55,369 nt of DNA, taken from the NCBI GenBank assembly GCA_008369845.1, contig MRSU01007870.1:1-55369 (forward strand), written 5' to 3'. Position 1 is the stretch's first letter. The number at the start of each line of letters is the position of its first letter. The notes under the pieces were generated by a model that saw only the letters and a list, made by a program, of their open reading frames with translations, had not been told where the DNA came from and searched no databases. This stretch comes from Trichomonas gallinae (lineage: Eukaryota). Below are positions 10,332 through 20,306 of this stretch, one piece after another. Made by a program: the position numbers and the translations under genes.

Positions 10332-13226
10332 TTACATTTCAATATAATGAATCAAAGCATTGATGGTTATCTTTGAGTTGTCACTGGACGATTTCGATGT
10401 TTTTGTTAGAACTTTGACGGCATTTGCATTCTTCAGTGCCTTCTTTCCGTCATCATTTCCAGCAATGGCATGGAAAGCACTGAGAACGCGCATAACGCCA
10501 TCCTCTGTTTCGCTGACTTTAACAAGATTTTCTATTACATCCGCTGTTAATACATCATTTGTATATAATTCGCCTTTGCTGACCATGTTCGCAATAAGTG
10601 CAGCAGAGCATTCAACAGTTCTAGAGTTCTCGCTGAGAAGAAGACTTGCAATCTCATCAATGTTCGATACAATGAATCTGCCAACGTCAGATGTGTGATA
10701 AACAGCATTGGCAAGTGCGTAACAAGCTGCAGCGCTGACATCATCATCTTTATCAGATATAAGAGCAACGAGTTTCGGCACTGCATTCGCTGAAAACTCT
10801 GCTGGACGGCCACCATGTTTCCACACGTTGCCCAAAAAGTGCGCTGCTCTCTGTCTGACATAATTAGACTTGCTCCTCAAGTCTACTAAAGCAACATCGA
10901 GAAGTTCACATTCTTCGAGCACTGTTATATATTCTGGGCTGAGTCTAGCGAAGTGGGCAGCAACAATGTAGCAAGCTTCGTGCGAGAACTCGTTTGCGAG
11001 AAGCGCGTTGATTATATCTGGGCAGGCATCTCTGAGAATATTGTTTGCCTGTCCGAAAGAGAGAACGCATTGGACAAGCAGTAAGACTTCTGCAGATGGC
11101 TCTGTTAGACTGCTGTCGGAAGAGAGGTACTTGCACAAAGATGGGATCAACCCTTTATTGATTAAAAGCTCTCTGTATTGTTCCAATGTTTTCCTGTCTT
11201 CTTCGAATAACTTCAAAACATACTCGCAGATGTCATTAGTGCAGCACGGAACGTTGAAAATATCAATCATCGACGGTAAAAGTGGTGCAACTGTAACAAC
11301 AGGCAGTGAGAGCATAGACGATAAAAGCGGCGCTTGATGGATAGGGAGGAGCAACGGAAGTTTCTCTATGCAGCTGCTCAGCATGTTCTCTTCGATCTGG
11401 AAGCACCTGAAAGGCGATCCAAAGACTGCCGCGTATAGCAAAATCTCTTTCTCAGCACGTGGTGATGATGAGGCGGCGCTTAAAAGACTCTTCAAGCGTG
11501 TCTCATATTGTGCATCACCACCACATAAGAAGCGTGACAAATATTTGATGTCCTTTCTTGCGCTGATGTTTGTGACTCTGTTCTGGAATATATTGACAGT
11601 GCTCAACTGCTGCAAAGATGCCTGACAGAAGAACAGCGCACTGGAGTATAAACAGAAACTGCTTATGTGTGATTTAGTGTCATCTAGAAGTTTGAAAATC
11701 GCGTTGACGAAATCAGTGACCGGCGCAATACTACTGAAGCACGATTCATCTCTTGCAACCATCGCAGCAATCAATGTCAAAGCGCAGCAAGAAATTATTG
11801 GTCCGGGTGATTTAATGACAGCGAAGCTTAATATAGGCAACGTTTGTGCAGCTGACTGACTGAACTTTTCTCCAAATGTTGCGGAAACTTTCATCAGGTA
11901 AACAAGCAAAACATATAATATCTCAGTGTCTTCAACGCTCAATGTCGTCAAACTCGCCAGCAGTGAGTTATGCAGTTTGTCGCATATCTCATCTGGTATT
12001 GGCGGAGGTGAATACTCCTCTTCCGCAATCCTGCATTGCGCGTACGGAGTGATGACGGCTGATGATAGGAATCGCAAAGTGTTATGAGAAGTCGGTGAAT
12101 TTGTTAATAATTTGTTTGTCGCTGTAGCTACGTAAGGCGAATATCTCTGTGGGTCTGCTTTGAGGAGTCTCACGACTATCTCTGTCCCTTGTTCACATGT
12201 GTCGTCGAGTTCTACGAAGTAGGAAATGTGAAGAGCGAATGTGTTTGCAAAAGGTGATTGTTCTATTTGTTCTGCTGAAGCAAATGCTTCGAGAGCCTCG
12301 CAGAGAGTTAGGCTTGGGTAGTCGCTTGGTGACATGAAGACATCTTGGTAATCCAAAGGTCTGGATGTCGGAGGTCTGAAATCTTGATTTATGAGAGCGT
12401 TTTCGAACTCTTCACTTTTGAATCTGTAAAAAGAATCGTCGTATTTCGATAGATCTACGTCAGCTATCCATGGATGATTGATTAATCTATCGCAACTCCA
12501 TCTACTGTCTGGATCTTTAACTAATGCCCTCAAAATGAAGTCTTTGAAGTTGTCAGAAATAGGTCCTGGCCATACAATTGGCTCGTTGATAATCATTTTG
12601 ATTAATTTATAAATCGAATCTGTAAAATAAGGAGGCCTTCCGTAATATAGTTCATACAATATAATTCCTAATGACCAAATATCGATTTTCTCTGTATAAG
12701 GATGTTCTTGGACAAGTTCTGGAGCCATATATAATGGAGTTCCTTTAATTGAATTTAAAACGAGTGTTGTTCTTGATAGTGCTCTTGCAAATCCGAAATC
12801 ACATAATTTAATCGAGCAATTATCTGAAACGAGAATGTTTTGAGGCTTCAAATCGCGATGAATGATTTTTTTCTGGTGTAAGTGATTTAATGCTGACACC
12901 AATTGAGCTGCAATTGGTCTCAGTTCCTCCTCTGGTAGTTTTTGCATATCTGCGATGACTTGGAACAAATCTCCTCTTCCAAGCTCAGTGACAAGGCAAA
13001 ATTCGGATTCTGTTTCAAAATACTCAAGTAGACGCATGATATTTGGATGATCAACTTTCTTTAATATATCAACTTCACGGCGGAAATTCACTAAATCTTC
13101 TTCTTTCATATCTCCTTTCGCAATCGTCTTAATTGCAACCATTCGGCCTGTGTACTTCCTTCTAGCCTTAAATACACGGCCAAAAGAGCCCTCTCCGATC
13201 TGTTGAATTAATTTGTAATCATCCAT
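10332..13226 (-). CDS. STK36: Fused/STK36-like Ser/Thr kinase (ULK family) with C-terminal ARM/HEAT repeats
   Basis: N-terminus IGEGSFGRVFKARRKYTG, HRDLKPQNIL, KLCDFGFARA, SIKGTPLYMAPELVQEHPY are characteristic of Fused; C-terminal helical repeats (AAHFLGN, AACYALANAVYH). Confidence 0.9.
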   Translation of the reverse strand: MDDYKLIQQIGEGSFGRVFKARRKYTGRMVAIKTIAKGDMKEEDLVNFRREVDILKKVDHPNIMRLLEYFETESEFCLVTELGRGDLFQVIADMQKLPEEELRPIAAQLVSALNHLHQKKIIHRDLKPQNILVSDNCSIKLCDFGFARALSRTTLVLNSIKGTPLYMAPELVQEHPYTEKIDIWSLGIILYELYYGRPPYFTDSIYKLIKMIINEPIVWPGPISDNFKDFILRALVKDPDSRWSCDRLINHPWIADVDLSKYDDSFYRFKSEEFENALINQDFRPPTSRPLDYQDVFMSPSDYPSLTLCEALEAFASAEQIEQSPFANTFALHISYFVELDDTCEQGTEIVVRLLKADPQRYSPYVATATNKLLTNSPTSHNTLRFLSSAVITPYAQCRIAEEEYSPPPIPDEICDKLHNSLLASLTTLSVEDTEILYVLLVYLMKVSATFGEKFSQSAAQTLPILSFAVIKSPGPIISCCALTLIAAMVARDESCFSSIAPVTDFVNAIFKLLDDTKSHISSFCLYSSALFFCQASLQQLSTVNIFQNRVTNISARKDIKYLSRFLCGGDAQYETRLKSLLSAASSSPRAEKEILLYAAVFGSPFRCFQIEENMLSSCIEKLPLLLPIHQAPLLSSMLSLPVVTVAPLLPSMIDIFNVPCCTNDICEYVLKLFEEDRKTLEQYRELLINKGLIPSLCKYLSSDSSLTEPSAEVLLLVQCVLSFGQANNILRDACPDIINALLANEFSHEACYIVAAHFARLSPEYITVLEECELLDVALVDLRSKSNYVRQRAAHFLGNVWKHGGRPAEFSANAVPKLVALISDKDDDVSAAACYALANAVYHTSDVGRFIVSNIDEIASLLLSENSRTVECSAALIANMVSKGELYTNDVLTADVIENLVKVSETEDGVMRVLSAFHAIAGNDDGKKALKNANAVKVLTKTSKSSSDNSKITINALIHYIEM

Positions 13227-13274
13227 GCTTTGGATATCATATCACATGTCGGATTTTTCTGCCTTTGTAAAACA

Positions 13275-13740
13275 TATTTTTGACAACTGTCGAATTTCAT
13301 GAAATGTCAAAAGTAAACTGGCAAAATTTTTGATGTCATAAAAAGTGTCAAATGTCAAATATCAAAGACCATCAGTAATGCATTCATACCTCAATCCAAA
13401 AGAAAGATTTCGCATGATATCACATATGACACTAACTTCTAACAATGGTATACAGCTTTTCAAATGAGTTTACTGTTGTTTAACTGGCTTCTTAGAAGAC
13501 AATATAAATTTTCAGAAGTTTTGAAAGTTTAATAATTTATTGCTGTTTTCTCGAATGTGATGTGTGCAATTTCCTTGTCTTGCTAATATTAGTACCCATA
13601 TAGAATGCACATATTATATTATCGAAATGAAGAGCACGATATTAGTAAAAAAAAATTATAGTGTGTTTTTTGACAATTGTCAGAAATGAATTGGCAAATT
13701 TTGTTGTCAAAAAAATGTAAATGTGACAATTGTCAGAAAA
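13275..13740. promoter_or_regulatory. Divergent promoter region with TGACA/TGTCA clusters and two perfect TGACAATTGTCA palindromes
   Basis: TGACAATTGTCA at 13671-13682 and 13724-13735; TGACAACTGTC at 13281-13291; further TGTCA at 13305, 13334, 13346, 13353. Lies between head-to-head STK36 and Brr2 genes. Confidence 0.55.
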
Positions 13741-13752
13741 AAAATCTAAAGT

Positions 13753-16700
13753 ATGATTCCTGATTATAAACAAGAGCGAGGCCAGAATTATGTCCTCCAA
13801 AATCCAACAGATGTCCCTAAAAATGAGGATGAGTTCGGATCAGGAGTTGTACAGAAGATAGATATAAAGAAAACAGATTTTGGATCTGCAATTCGAACGC
13901 AGACACTCTCAGAACATGAGAGAATGGATAAAGCATACAAAAAGGATCTGAAATTAAGCATGAAACAAGCAAAAAGAGACGCAATCTTGCGTGGTCAAAT
14001 TTATATTCCTAAATCGCCTGATTCAAGACATGCATACAACGAATTTACATCTGATTTATCGCAAATATTAGGTCCTGTGACTGACGAAGTCCTGCATCAA
14101 ACAGCTTACGACTTAATTACTTTATATCGCACGAAACATCTTTCAGATAACGAAATCACGACAAAATCATCTCAAATTTTAGATACTGAGCTAAGTTATA
14201 GCGAAATCAAGCGATTAATCGATTTTTCGCATCAAATGACTGATTTCCAGACTTCTTTGCAAGTTCAAGAAATGCAAGATGCTCAAAATGATGATGGAAT
14301 TATCAGCCTCACAGCAGAAATGGACGCTCCAATGAAATCATCAGATGAGTCAGAATCATCAGATGAAGAGCAAGAACTTCCATTTAATATACCTTTACCT
14401 GATACAAGTGGAGGCTGGACAATGGAAGAATTACAAAAGTTCTGCGAAGAAAATTTCGGTGCTGAATCACAGCAAAAAGTCGCTGAGATCATGTCAGCTC
14501 TTCAAACATCTGATGGTATCAACCTTGAAATGCAATTAGTTTGTATCATTGGCCCAAGAGAATCAGAAATCAAAGCAATTTCAAGATCAAAACATCTTTT
14601 AATAGAAAATCCACAAAAACAAGAAAAGTATTCGACAATAGACTTAGATGCACTCACAGCTAAGAAGGAATCAACGAGATTCTCATCATTTGAAATGCCA
14701 AAATCAGCAACAGTCGAATCCACTGATAAATACGAAAAGATTTATATTCCTCCTCCGATAACACATGCTTCTGGTGAAAGACTTTCAGTTGAAGTCCTCG
14801 ATGAAAAATATCAAAAATTAATTGCAAAAGAAATTACGTCGCACGGCCAATTAAACTTGATACAGTCTATAGTTTACCCGCAAATTGAGAATAGTTCTGA
14901 AAACTTGCTGATTTCCGCTCCAACAGGTGCTGGTAAAACAATTATTGCTGTTTTGAGCATGATTAAGACATTATTAACAGAAGAAAACTCTAAGGCCATT
15001 TATATTGCTCCAATGAAATCCCTTGTACAAGAAATGGTCACCAAATTTACAAATATTTTTGAAGGCTATAAAAGAGTCATAGAACTCACAGGAGATAGTT
15101 CAGCATCTGTTTCCCAATTGCAAAACTACGACATCATTGTTTCCACACCAGAAAAACTTGATATCATTTCCAGAAAGACAGGAAACTCAACATTTATCGA
15201 ATCAATCAAACTAGTTATTATCGATGAAATCCATTTGCTGCATAACTCAAGAGGTCCTGTTTTGGAAGCATTAATAGCAAGACTGAAAATGCTAAGATAT
15301 ACATCAGCGAATGTTGTAAGACTTATAGGTCTCTCAGCTACAATGCCAAACGTCAAGGATATCGCTGACTTCTTGGAAGTGTCAGAATCAGGATTATTTG
15401 TTTTCGGAGAAGAATACAGGCCATGTTTGCTGCACAAAACATTCGTCGGCTTCAAAGAAAGGAAGAAAGTCCACTTAAAATCGCACATGAACGATTTCTG
15501 CTACAAAGTCATAAAGAATTCGATAATGAAGGACCAGCAGACATTAGTTTTCGTGCATTCAAGACGTGAAGCGATGGAAACAGCCCAAGCATTTTACGAA
15601 ATCGCGATGAAAAACGGTGAAGGCGACTTTTCCGCAAACGACAAAACAATTCAACACTTAGAAAGCATTGGAACAGAGATTGTCAACGAAAAGCTCAAAG
15701 GCTTGATTGCCACTGGATTTGCATTCCACCACGCAGGTCTTCTCAAGGACGACAGAAGAAATGTTGAAGATGGATTCAGGAAGAAATACATCAAAGTTTT
15801 AGTATCTACTGCAACACTCGCTTGGGGTGTCAACCTTCCAGCACACACAGCAATCATCAAAGGCACGAACATATACAACCCAGAGATCGGTGACTTCGAC
15901 AACTTGAGCCACTTGGATGTCCTCCAGATGTTCGGTAGAGCTGGTCGTCCAAGCTTCGATTTGACAGGTGAAGCGTTTCTTCTGACAGAACATCAGAATT
16001 TGCATTATTACGTTTCTGCGTTAACATCACAGATTCCAATCGAGAGCCACTTCTTGAGAGACGTCGCCAATCACTTGAACGCTGAGATTTCGCTCGGAAC
16101 AATAAGGAGTGTAGAACAAGGCGTTGAGTGGCTAAAGGAGACATTCTTATACATCAGAATGCAGAGAATGCCAAAGATGTATGGACTTTCTCACAACGTT
16201 AATATCATACAAAGGTTATCCGATATTATTCACTCAGCAGCATTGAAACTATCGGAGAAAAAGTTAGTTTTATACAATGCTGAAAACGATACAATTTCTG
16301 CGACAGATTTTGGCAGAATTGCAGCAAATTACTACATCACGGAAGAGACGATGTCGAGCTTTGTCACAAACATGTCAACAGATCTCAACGATGTCGACAT
16401 GCTGAGATTGTTCTGCCTTGCAACAGAATTCAAGAATGTTGTAGTAAGACCTCAAGAAGTTTCAACAGTCAGAAAATTCTTAGAAACAGTTCCAATACCA
16501 ATCAAAGGTCAGCCAGACGAAGCTGCTGTTAAAATCAATGTTCTCCTTCAGTGCTACATTTCTCGCATTCGCTCAGACAGCTTTGAGATGATGGCAGACT
16601 TAGTTTACATTTCTCAAAGCGCTGAACGTTTGATGAGATGCTTATTCGAAATTGCAGCAACTGTAGGACTCGCTGAGCCAGCATTACTTGCATTATCCTA

Positions 16701-19700
16701 CTCTAAAATGGTCTCAAGAAGGATGTGGGAGGTCCAGAATCCACTGTGGCAGTTCGATAATATTGCTGACAGAGATTTATTGGCTATGGACCACTTCAAC
16801 AACTGGCACAATTTCTACAATGAAAAACGCGAAGTTCTCGCTGGAATGGGAGCTCAGAGATTCTCTGCTCTTGCTAAAGTCGATAAAGAGAAAAGCCAGC
16901 AAATTGGTGAAATCATCAAAGCAGATTTCATGATGATTCCGCAGTTAACAATGAATTGCAAGACAAAGTGGATCGCTAAAAAACTACTCAAAGTTAACAT
17001 TGACGTTGACGCTTATTTCAATTACGATCCAGAATATCATCTTCCAGTCGAAACATTCTGGGTTTTCGTCATCAATCTCCATGGCGACGAAATCATGTAT
17101 CATGAGCAGTTTGTCGTCCAAGCTTTCGAAAATGGACACCACAATGCGAAACTCGAGTTTGTTCTCTCTCTCAACGAAAACCAGTCATTCTGCTTCGTGA
17201 AGATTGTGTCCGACAGGTGGGTGAATTGCGAGGTCGACTACACGATTCCTCTCAGATTCATGTTAGATGATAATGTCAATGCGCAATCTACAGACGCTAA
17301 GAGAATATTGTCAAAGACAAACGATGGAATGAACATCGATTTCACGAGTCTTATTTCCAAAAACAACATACTTTATACAACACATCCATACAACACTGGC
17401 ATCGACGATGATTTCACTAATGCTGTTGGATCATTGTCAAGACAAAATTCTTCATTAATTATCATTCCTGACTACGAAAAATTCTGCTATTACAGGGATA
17501 CAACATTCAGTAATTCCAATATTTCTGCACTTTCAGGAGATTATGCACATGACAAATTAATCATGCAGAGCTCTCAATCAGTTATAGCAACGCCAACAAT
17601 GATTTCTGATTATAAGAGATTCTTCATTAATTATGAAAATGCTCCTTTGTTTAGGTATGTCTTTCTGTATGATCTTCATCTTGCTGGAACAAAAGAGTTC
17701 TGCAAATATGAATCTCTTGTCACAACAATTAAGATCGTTTATGATCCATCGCAGACAACTATTGTCGCGCAAAGTTTGAACGGTGATTACATCAACTGCG
17801 AGATACTAGCGAATTGGATTCACGCTGATAAGATATTCGATAAAATACCTGACCAAGTAGCCGAAAGACTCCCAATTCTCTGCAAGTTCCCTACAGCGAG
17901 ATCGAGACAAGTTTACATGACAAGGTCATCATTCTTCTATGCAACGAAGCAGCCAAATCAAACAGCAATTGTTTTCGTCTCATCTGATGACGAAATCAAG
18001 AAAACATTCATCAACTACGTCGAATTATTTAGAAAATCTGATGAAGATGGATCTAAATACTATAATTCTAAAGCCGATGATGAAGATTTACCGCCAATCC
18101 ACTCTCAAGAGCTCAAAGAGCTTTCTTTGCAGTATGGAATCACATATTTCTCGAACAAGATTTCGCAGGCTAACAAAGAAGCTGTCATCAGATCATTCGA
18201 GGGAGGCAACAAGCAGATAATTATCTGCTCAGCTGACAGTGCAAGTTCATTGAATGTTAAAGCTGATGTTGTCATTGTTCAAGGCACAGAGTACAAAGAC
18301 ATCGATGACGTGATGCACAAGTACCAGTACTACGAGATCCTCAACATGATTGCGCACACGAAATGCGGTGGTCAGTATATTATCTTCACGCACGACACCG
18401 AATTGCAAAAATTGATGCTTGGCCAGCCAATAGAGTCATTTATTGAGTCTGACTCTGAATCATTCATCAATACAGCGTTGTTCAACTACGCACTCTCAAC
18501 AAGCGCAAGATTGCTGCAAATCGTTGATGAGCCGAACATTCAAAATGCTGCGAAAACAATATTCGATCACCTTGAATATATCAACTTTGCTAAATCTCCA
18601 TCAGACCCAGTTTTCGATGAAAGCACTACAGAGTCTGTTTTATCAGCATTGATTGATGTCGCGAGCTCAGATGGTTCAGAAGATGAAGACTTGATTGAAA
18701 TTAACAACGGCGATATTTACTTCACATTTGACAAAGATCCTGAATTTAACTTAGACAATACGTTCGACGGCTTTGTGGTTAAGCTCATCAGATTCTTCAG
18801 GAAGTCATCTCTTGTTGACATCATCCGCCAGTCTCTTACATACTTGCATTGCAAACTATTAAACTTCGATGAACATCTGCAGCTCAAATTACCAAAAACA
18901 ATACAAACGCAATCGAAGCTCATTTCTATTTCGACAGCAGGACAAATTGCTGCACGCCACAATGTCAGCCCTGACAGTGTCATCACTATGTCCTCTTTCG
19001 CATTCAAAGAGCATCCACTTGCTTTCATTGCTTCGCTCAAAGAAGTTTACTCGTCCATCGACCACTACAAATACATCGGAGAATCTCGCGAAGCATACGC
19101 GCAGAATGAGTCCATAGATCTCATCAAGAAACACTTAGTAAGGTTCTATGAGCCTGGAAGAGAAATAGCAAAGAGGTTCCAAGTTTTGAGCTCAATAATG
19201 AGAATTCTTTCGTCATCTGTAGAGCTTTATTCCCTTGCATCGAGAAATTACTCATTTGCGATTTTCTGTATAAACTATATTGCTTGTTTGACACACGCAA
19301 TCGAAGACACTCAAGAGCTCCTTCAGTTCCCTCACTTCACTCAGACTGTCTTGGATGCATATGCAAAGGTAGGCATCACAAATCTCAACACTTTCAATCC
19401 TTCTTATTCACCAACTGGCGAAGAAATCGACGATGAACAATTCGAAAGCAACAGGGCCGCTAGAAAGAACGTATTCTTAGCGACTTTCCCACCACAAGAA
19501 CAACAGGAGGGTGAAAAGATGTGGGGTGATGTCGAGAATGCATTCAACAACATCCCAGATGTTTCATGCGCTTTCAACTCTGAGACGTCAACTGCAACAG
19601 TAAGTTTGTATAAAGAATTCAGCGAAACCAATTTCGAGCAAATTCCATTCAAGAAGACTCCATCTCTGTGGATCATTATTTACAGAGATGACCAGACTAT

Positions 19701-19884
19701 TGTTGCCGCTAAGAATGTTGTCTTGATGCCTGAAACATCAACACAAAATGTTTCTTTCCCTGAAATTAGATTTGACAAAGAGACAATGAGAGTTGTCTAC
19801 TACTGTGATTCATACATTGGATGCTATTCTTGTGGAGAAGCAGAAATAGACCCTGTTCAAGAAGAAGCTGCTCAAGAAGAATAA
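13753..19884 (+). CDS. BRR2: Brr2/SNRNP200-like Ski2-family U5 snRNP RNA helicase (two helicase-Sec63 cassettes, second degenerate)
   Basis: APTGAGKT, YIAPMKSLVQE, DEIH, GLSATMPN, HHAGL, STATLAWGVNLPAHT, QMFGRAGRP, then Sec63 (KINVLLQCYIS; IVSDRW). N-terminal YIPKSPDSRHAY resembles the Brr2 plug region rather than ASCC3. Confidence 0.85.
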   Translation: MIPDYKQERGQNYVLQNPTDVPKNEDEFGSGVVQKIDIKKTDFGSAIRTQTLSEHERMDKAYKKDLKLSMKQAKRDAILRGQIYIPKSPDSRHAYNEFTSDLSQILGPVTDEVLHQTAYDLITLYRTKHLSDNEITTKSSQILDTELSYSEIKRLIDFSHQMTDFQTSLQVQEMQDAQNDDGIISLTAEMDAPMKSSDESESSDEEQELPFNIPLPDTSGGWTMEELQKFCEENFGAESQQKVAEIMSALQTSDGINLEMQLVCIIGPRESEIKAISRSKHLLIENPQKQEKYSTIDLDALTAKKESTRFSSFEMPKSATVESTDKYEKIYIPPPITHASGERLSVEVLDEKYQKLIAKEITSHGQLNLIQSIVYPQIENSSENLLISAPTGAGKTIIAVLSMIKTLLTEENSKAIYIAPMKSLVQEMVTKFTNIFEGYKRVIELTGDSSASVSQLQNYDIIVSTPEKLDIISRKTGNSTFIESIKLVIIDEIHLLHNSRGPVLEALIARLKMLRYTSANVVRLIGLSATMPNVKDIADFLEVSESGLFVFGEEYRPCLLHKTFVGFKERKKVHLKSHMNDFCYKVIKNSIMKDQQTLVFVHSRREAMETAQAFYEIAMKNGEGDFSANDKTIQHLESIGTEIVNEKLKGLIATGFAFHHAGLLKDDRRNVEDGFRKKYIKVLVSTATLAWGVNLPAHTAIIKGTNIYNPEIGDFDNLSHLDVLQMFGRAGRPSFDLTGEAFLLTEHQNLHYYVSALTSQIPIESHFLRDVANHLNAEISLGTIRSVEQGVEWLKETFLYIRMQRMPKMYGLSHNVNIIQRLSDIIHSAALKLSEKKLVLYNAENDTISATDFGRIAANYYITEETMSSFVTNMSTDLNDVDMLRLFCLATEFKNVVVRPQEVSTVRKFLETVPIPIKGQPDEAAVKINVLLQCYISRIRSDSFEMMADLVYISQSAERLMRCLFEIAATVGLAEPALLALSYSKMVSRRMWEVQNPLWQFDNIADRDLLAMDHFNNWHNFYNEKREVLAGMGAQRFSALAKVDKEKSQQIGEIIKADFMMIPQLTMNCKTKWIAKKLLKVNIDVDAYFNYDPEYHLPVETFWVFVINLHGDEIMYHEQFVVQAFENGHHNAKLEFVLSLNENQSFCFVKIVSDRWVNCEVDYTIPLRFMLDDNVNAQSTDAKRILSKTNDGMNIDFTSLISKNNILYTTHPYNTGIDDDFTNAVGSLSRQNSSLIIIPDYEKFCYYRDTTFSNSNISALSGDYAHDKLIMQSSQSVIATPTMISDYKRFFINYENAPLFRYVFLYDLHLAGTKEFCKYESLVTTIKIVYDPSQTTIVAQSLNGDYINCEILANWIHADKIFDKIPDQVAERLPILCKFPTARSRQVYMTRSSFFYATKQPNQTAIVFVSSDDEIKKTFINYVELFRKSDEDGSKYYNSKADDEDLPPIHSQELKELSLQYGITYFSNKISQANKEAVIRSFEGGNKQIIICSADSASSLNVKADVVIVQGTEYKDIDDVMHKYQYYEILNMIAHTKCGGQYIIFTHDTELQKLMLGQPIESFIESDSESFINTALFNYALSTSARLLQIVDEPNIQNAAKTIFDHLEYINFAKSPSDPVFDESTTESVLSALIDVASSDGSEDEDLIEINNGDIYFTFDKDPEFNLDNTFDGFVVKLIRFFRKSSLVDIIRQSLTYLHCKLLNFDEHLQLKLPKTIQTQSKLISISTAGQIAARHNVSPDSVITMSSFAFKEHPLAFIASLKEVYSSIDHYKYIGESREAYAQNESIDLIKKHLVRFYEPGREIAKRFQVLSSIMRILSSSVELYSLASRNYSFAIFCINYIACLTHAIEDTQELLQFPHFTQTVLDAYAKVGITNLNTFNPSYSPTGEEIDDEQFESNRAARKNVFLATFPPQEQQEGEKMWGDVENAFNNIPDVSCAFNSETSTATVSLYKEFSETNFEQIPFKKTPSLWIIIYRDDQTIVAAKNVVLMPETSTQNVSFPEIRFDKETMRVVYYCDSYIGCYSCGEAEIDPVQEEAAQEE

Positions 19885-19949
19885 CTTTTCTTTTTATATA
19901 TATATATATTATGTTTATTTTTGTTCAATAGAGATTAAAATTATTTTTG

Positions 19950-20235
19950 CTGACATAGAAACTCTATAATCATAACAAAATTGATTCGTTTCATAAATTA
20001 TACTATTAGAAGATGACAAAATTAAGCAACTGTTCTAAAATTTGAGAACCCTCTAAGCACAGCAAAATTGTTTCGTTTCATTTCATAAATTAAACATGAC
20101 AAGATTAAGCAAATTTTAACATAGAACTTTCTAAGCAATAAACACATAAGTTTATAAGCATGATCAAATTAAGCAGATGTTTATAAACATGACATATATA
20201 AACAACTGCTCTAAAATCTCTAAATACAACAAAAA
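19950..20235 (+). repeat. Degenerate tandem repeats in the intergenic spacer
   Basis: ATGACAAAATTAAGCAA (~20013), ATGACAAGATTAAGCAA (~20096), ATGATCAAATTAAGCAG (~20160); CAAAATTG.TTCGTTTCAT twice (~19976, ~20063); CAACTG.TCTAAAAT twice. Confidence 0.6.
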
Positions 20236-20240
20236 TGTTA

Positions 20241-20300
20241 ATTGTCAAAAAATATGTCAGAATTTTGTCAAGTTGTCAAATATTGTCAAATTGTCAAAAA
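20241..20300 (+). promoter_or_regulatory. Array of six TGTCA motifs directly upstream of the subtilase start
   Basis: TGTCA at 20243, 20255, 20266, 20274, 20284 and 20292, ending ~10 nt before ATG 20307. Confidence 0.55.
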
Positions 20301-20306
20301 TCAAAA

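Noticed and set aside
19950..20300. CRISPR-like array
   Set aside because: Repeats are degenerate and irregularly spaced, the context is eukaryotic, and no cas genes are present.
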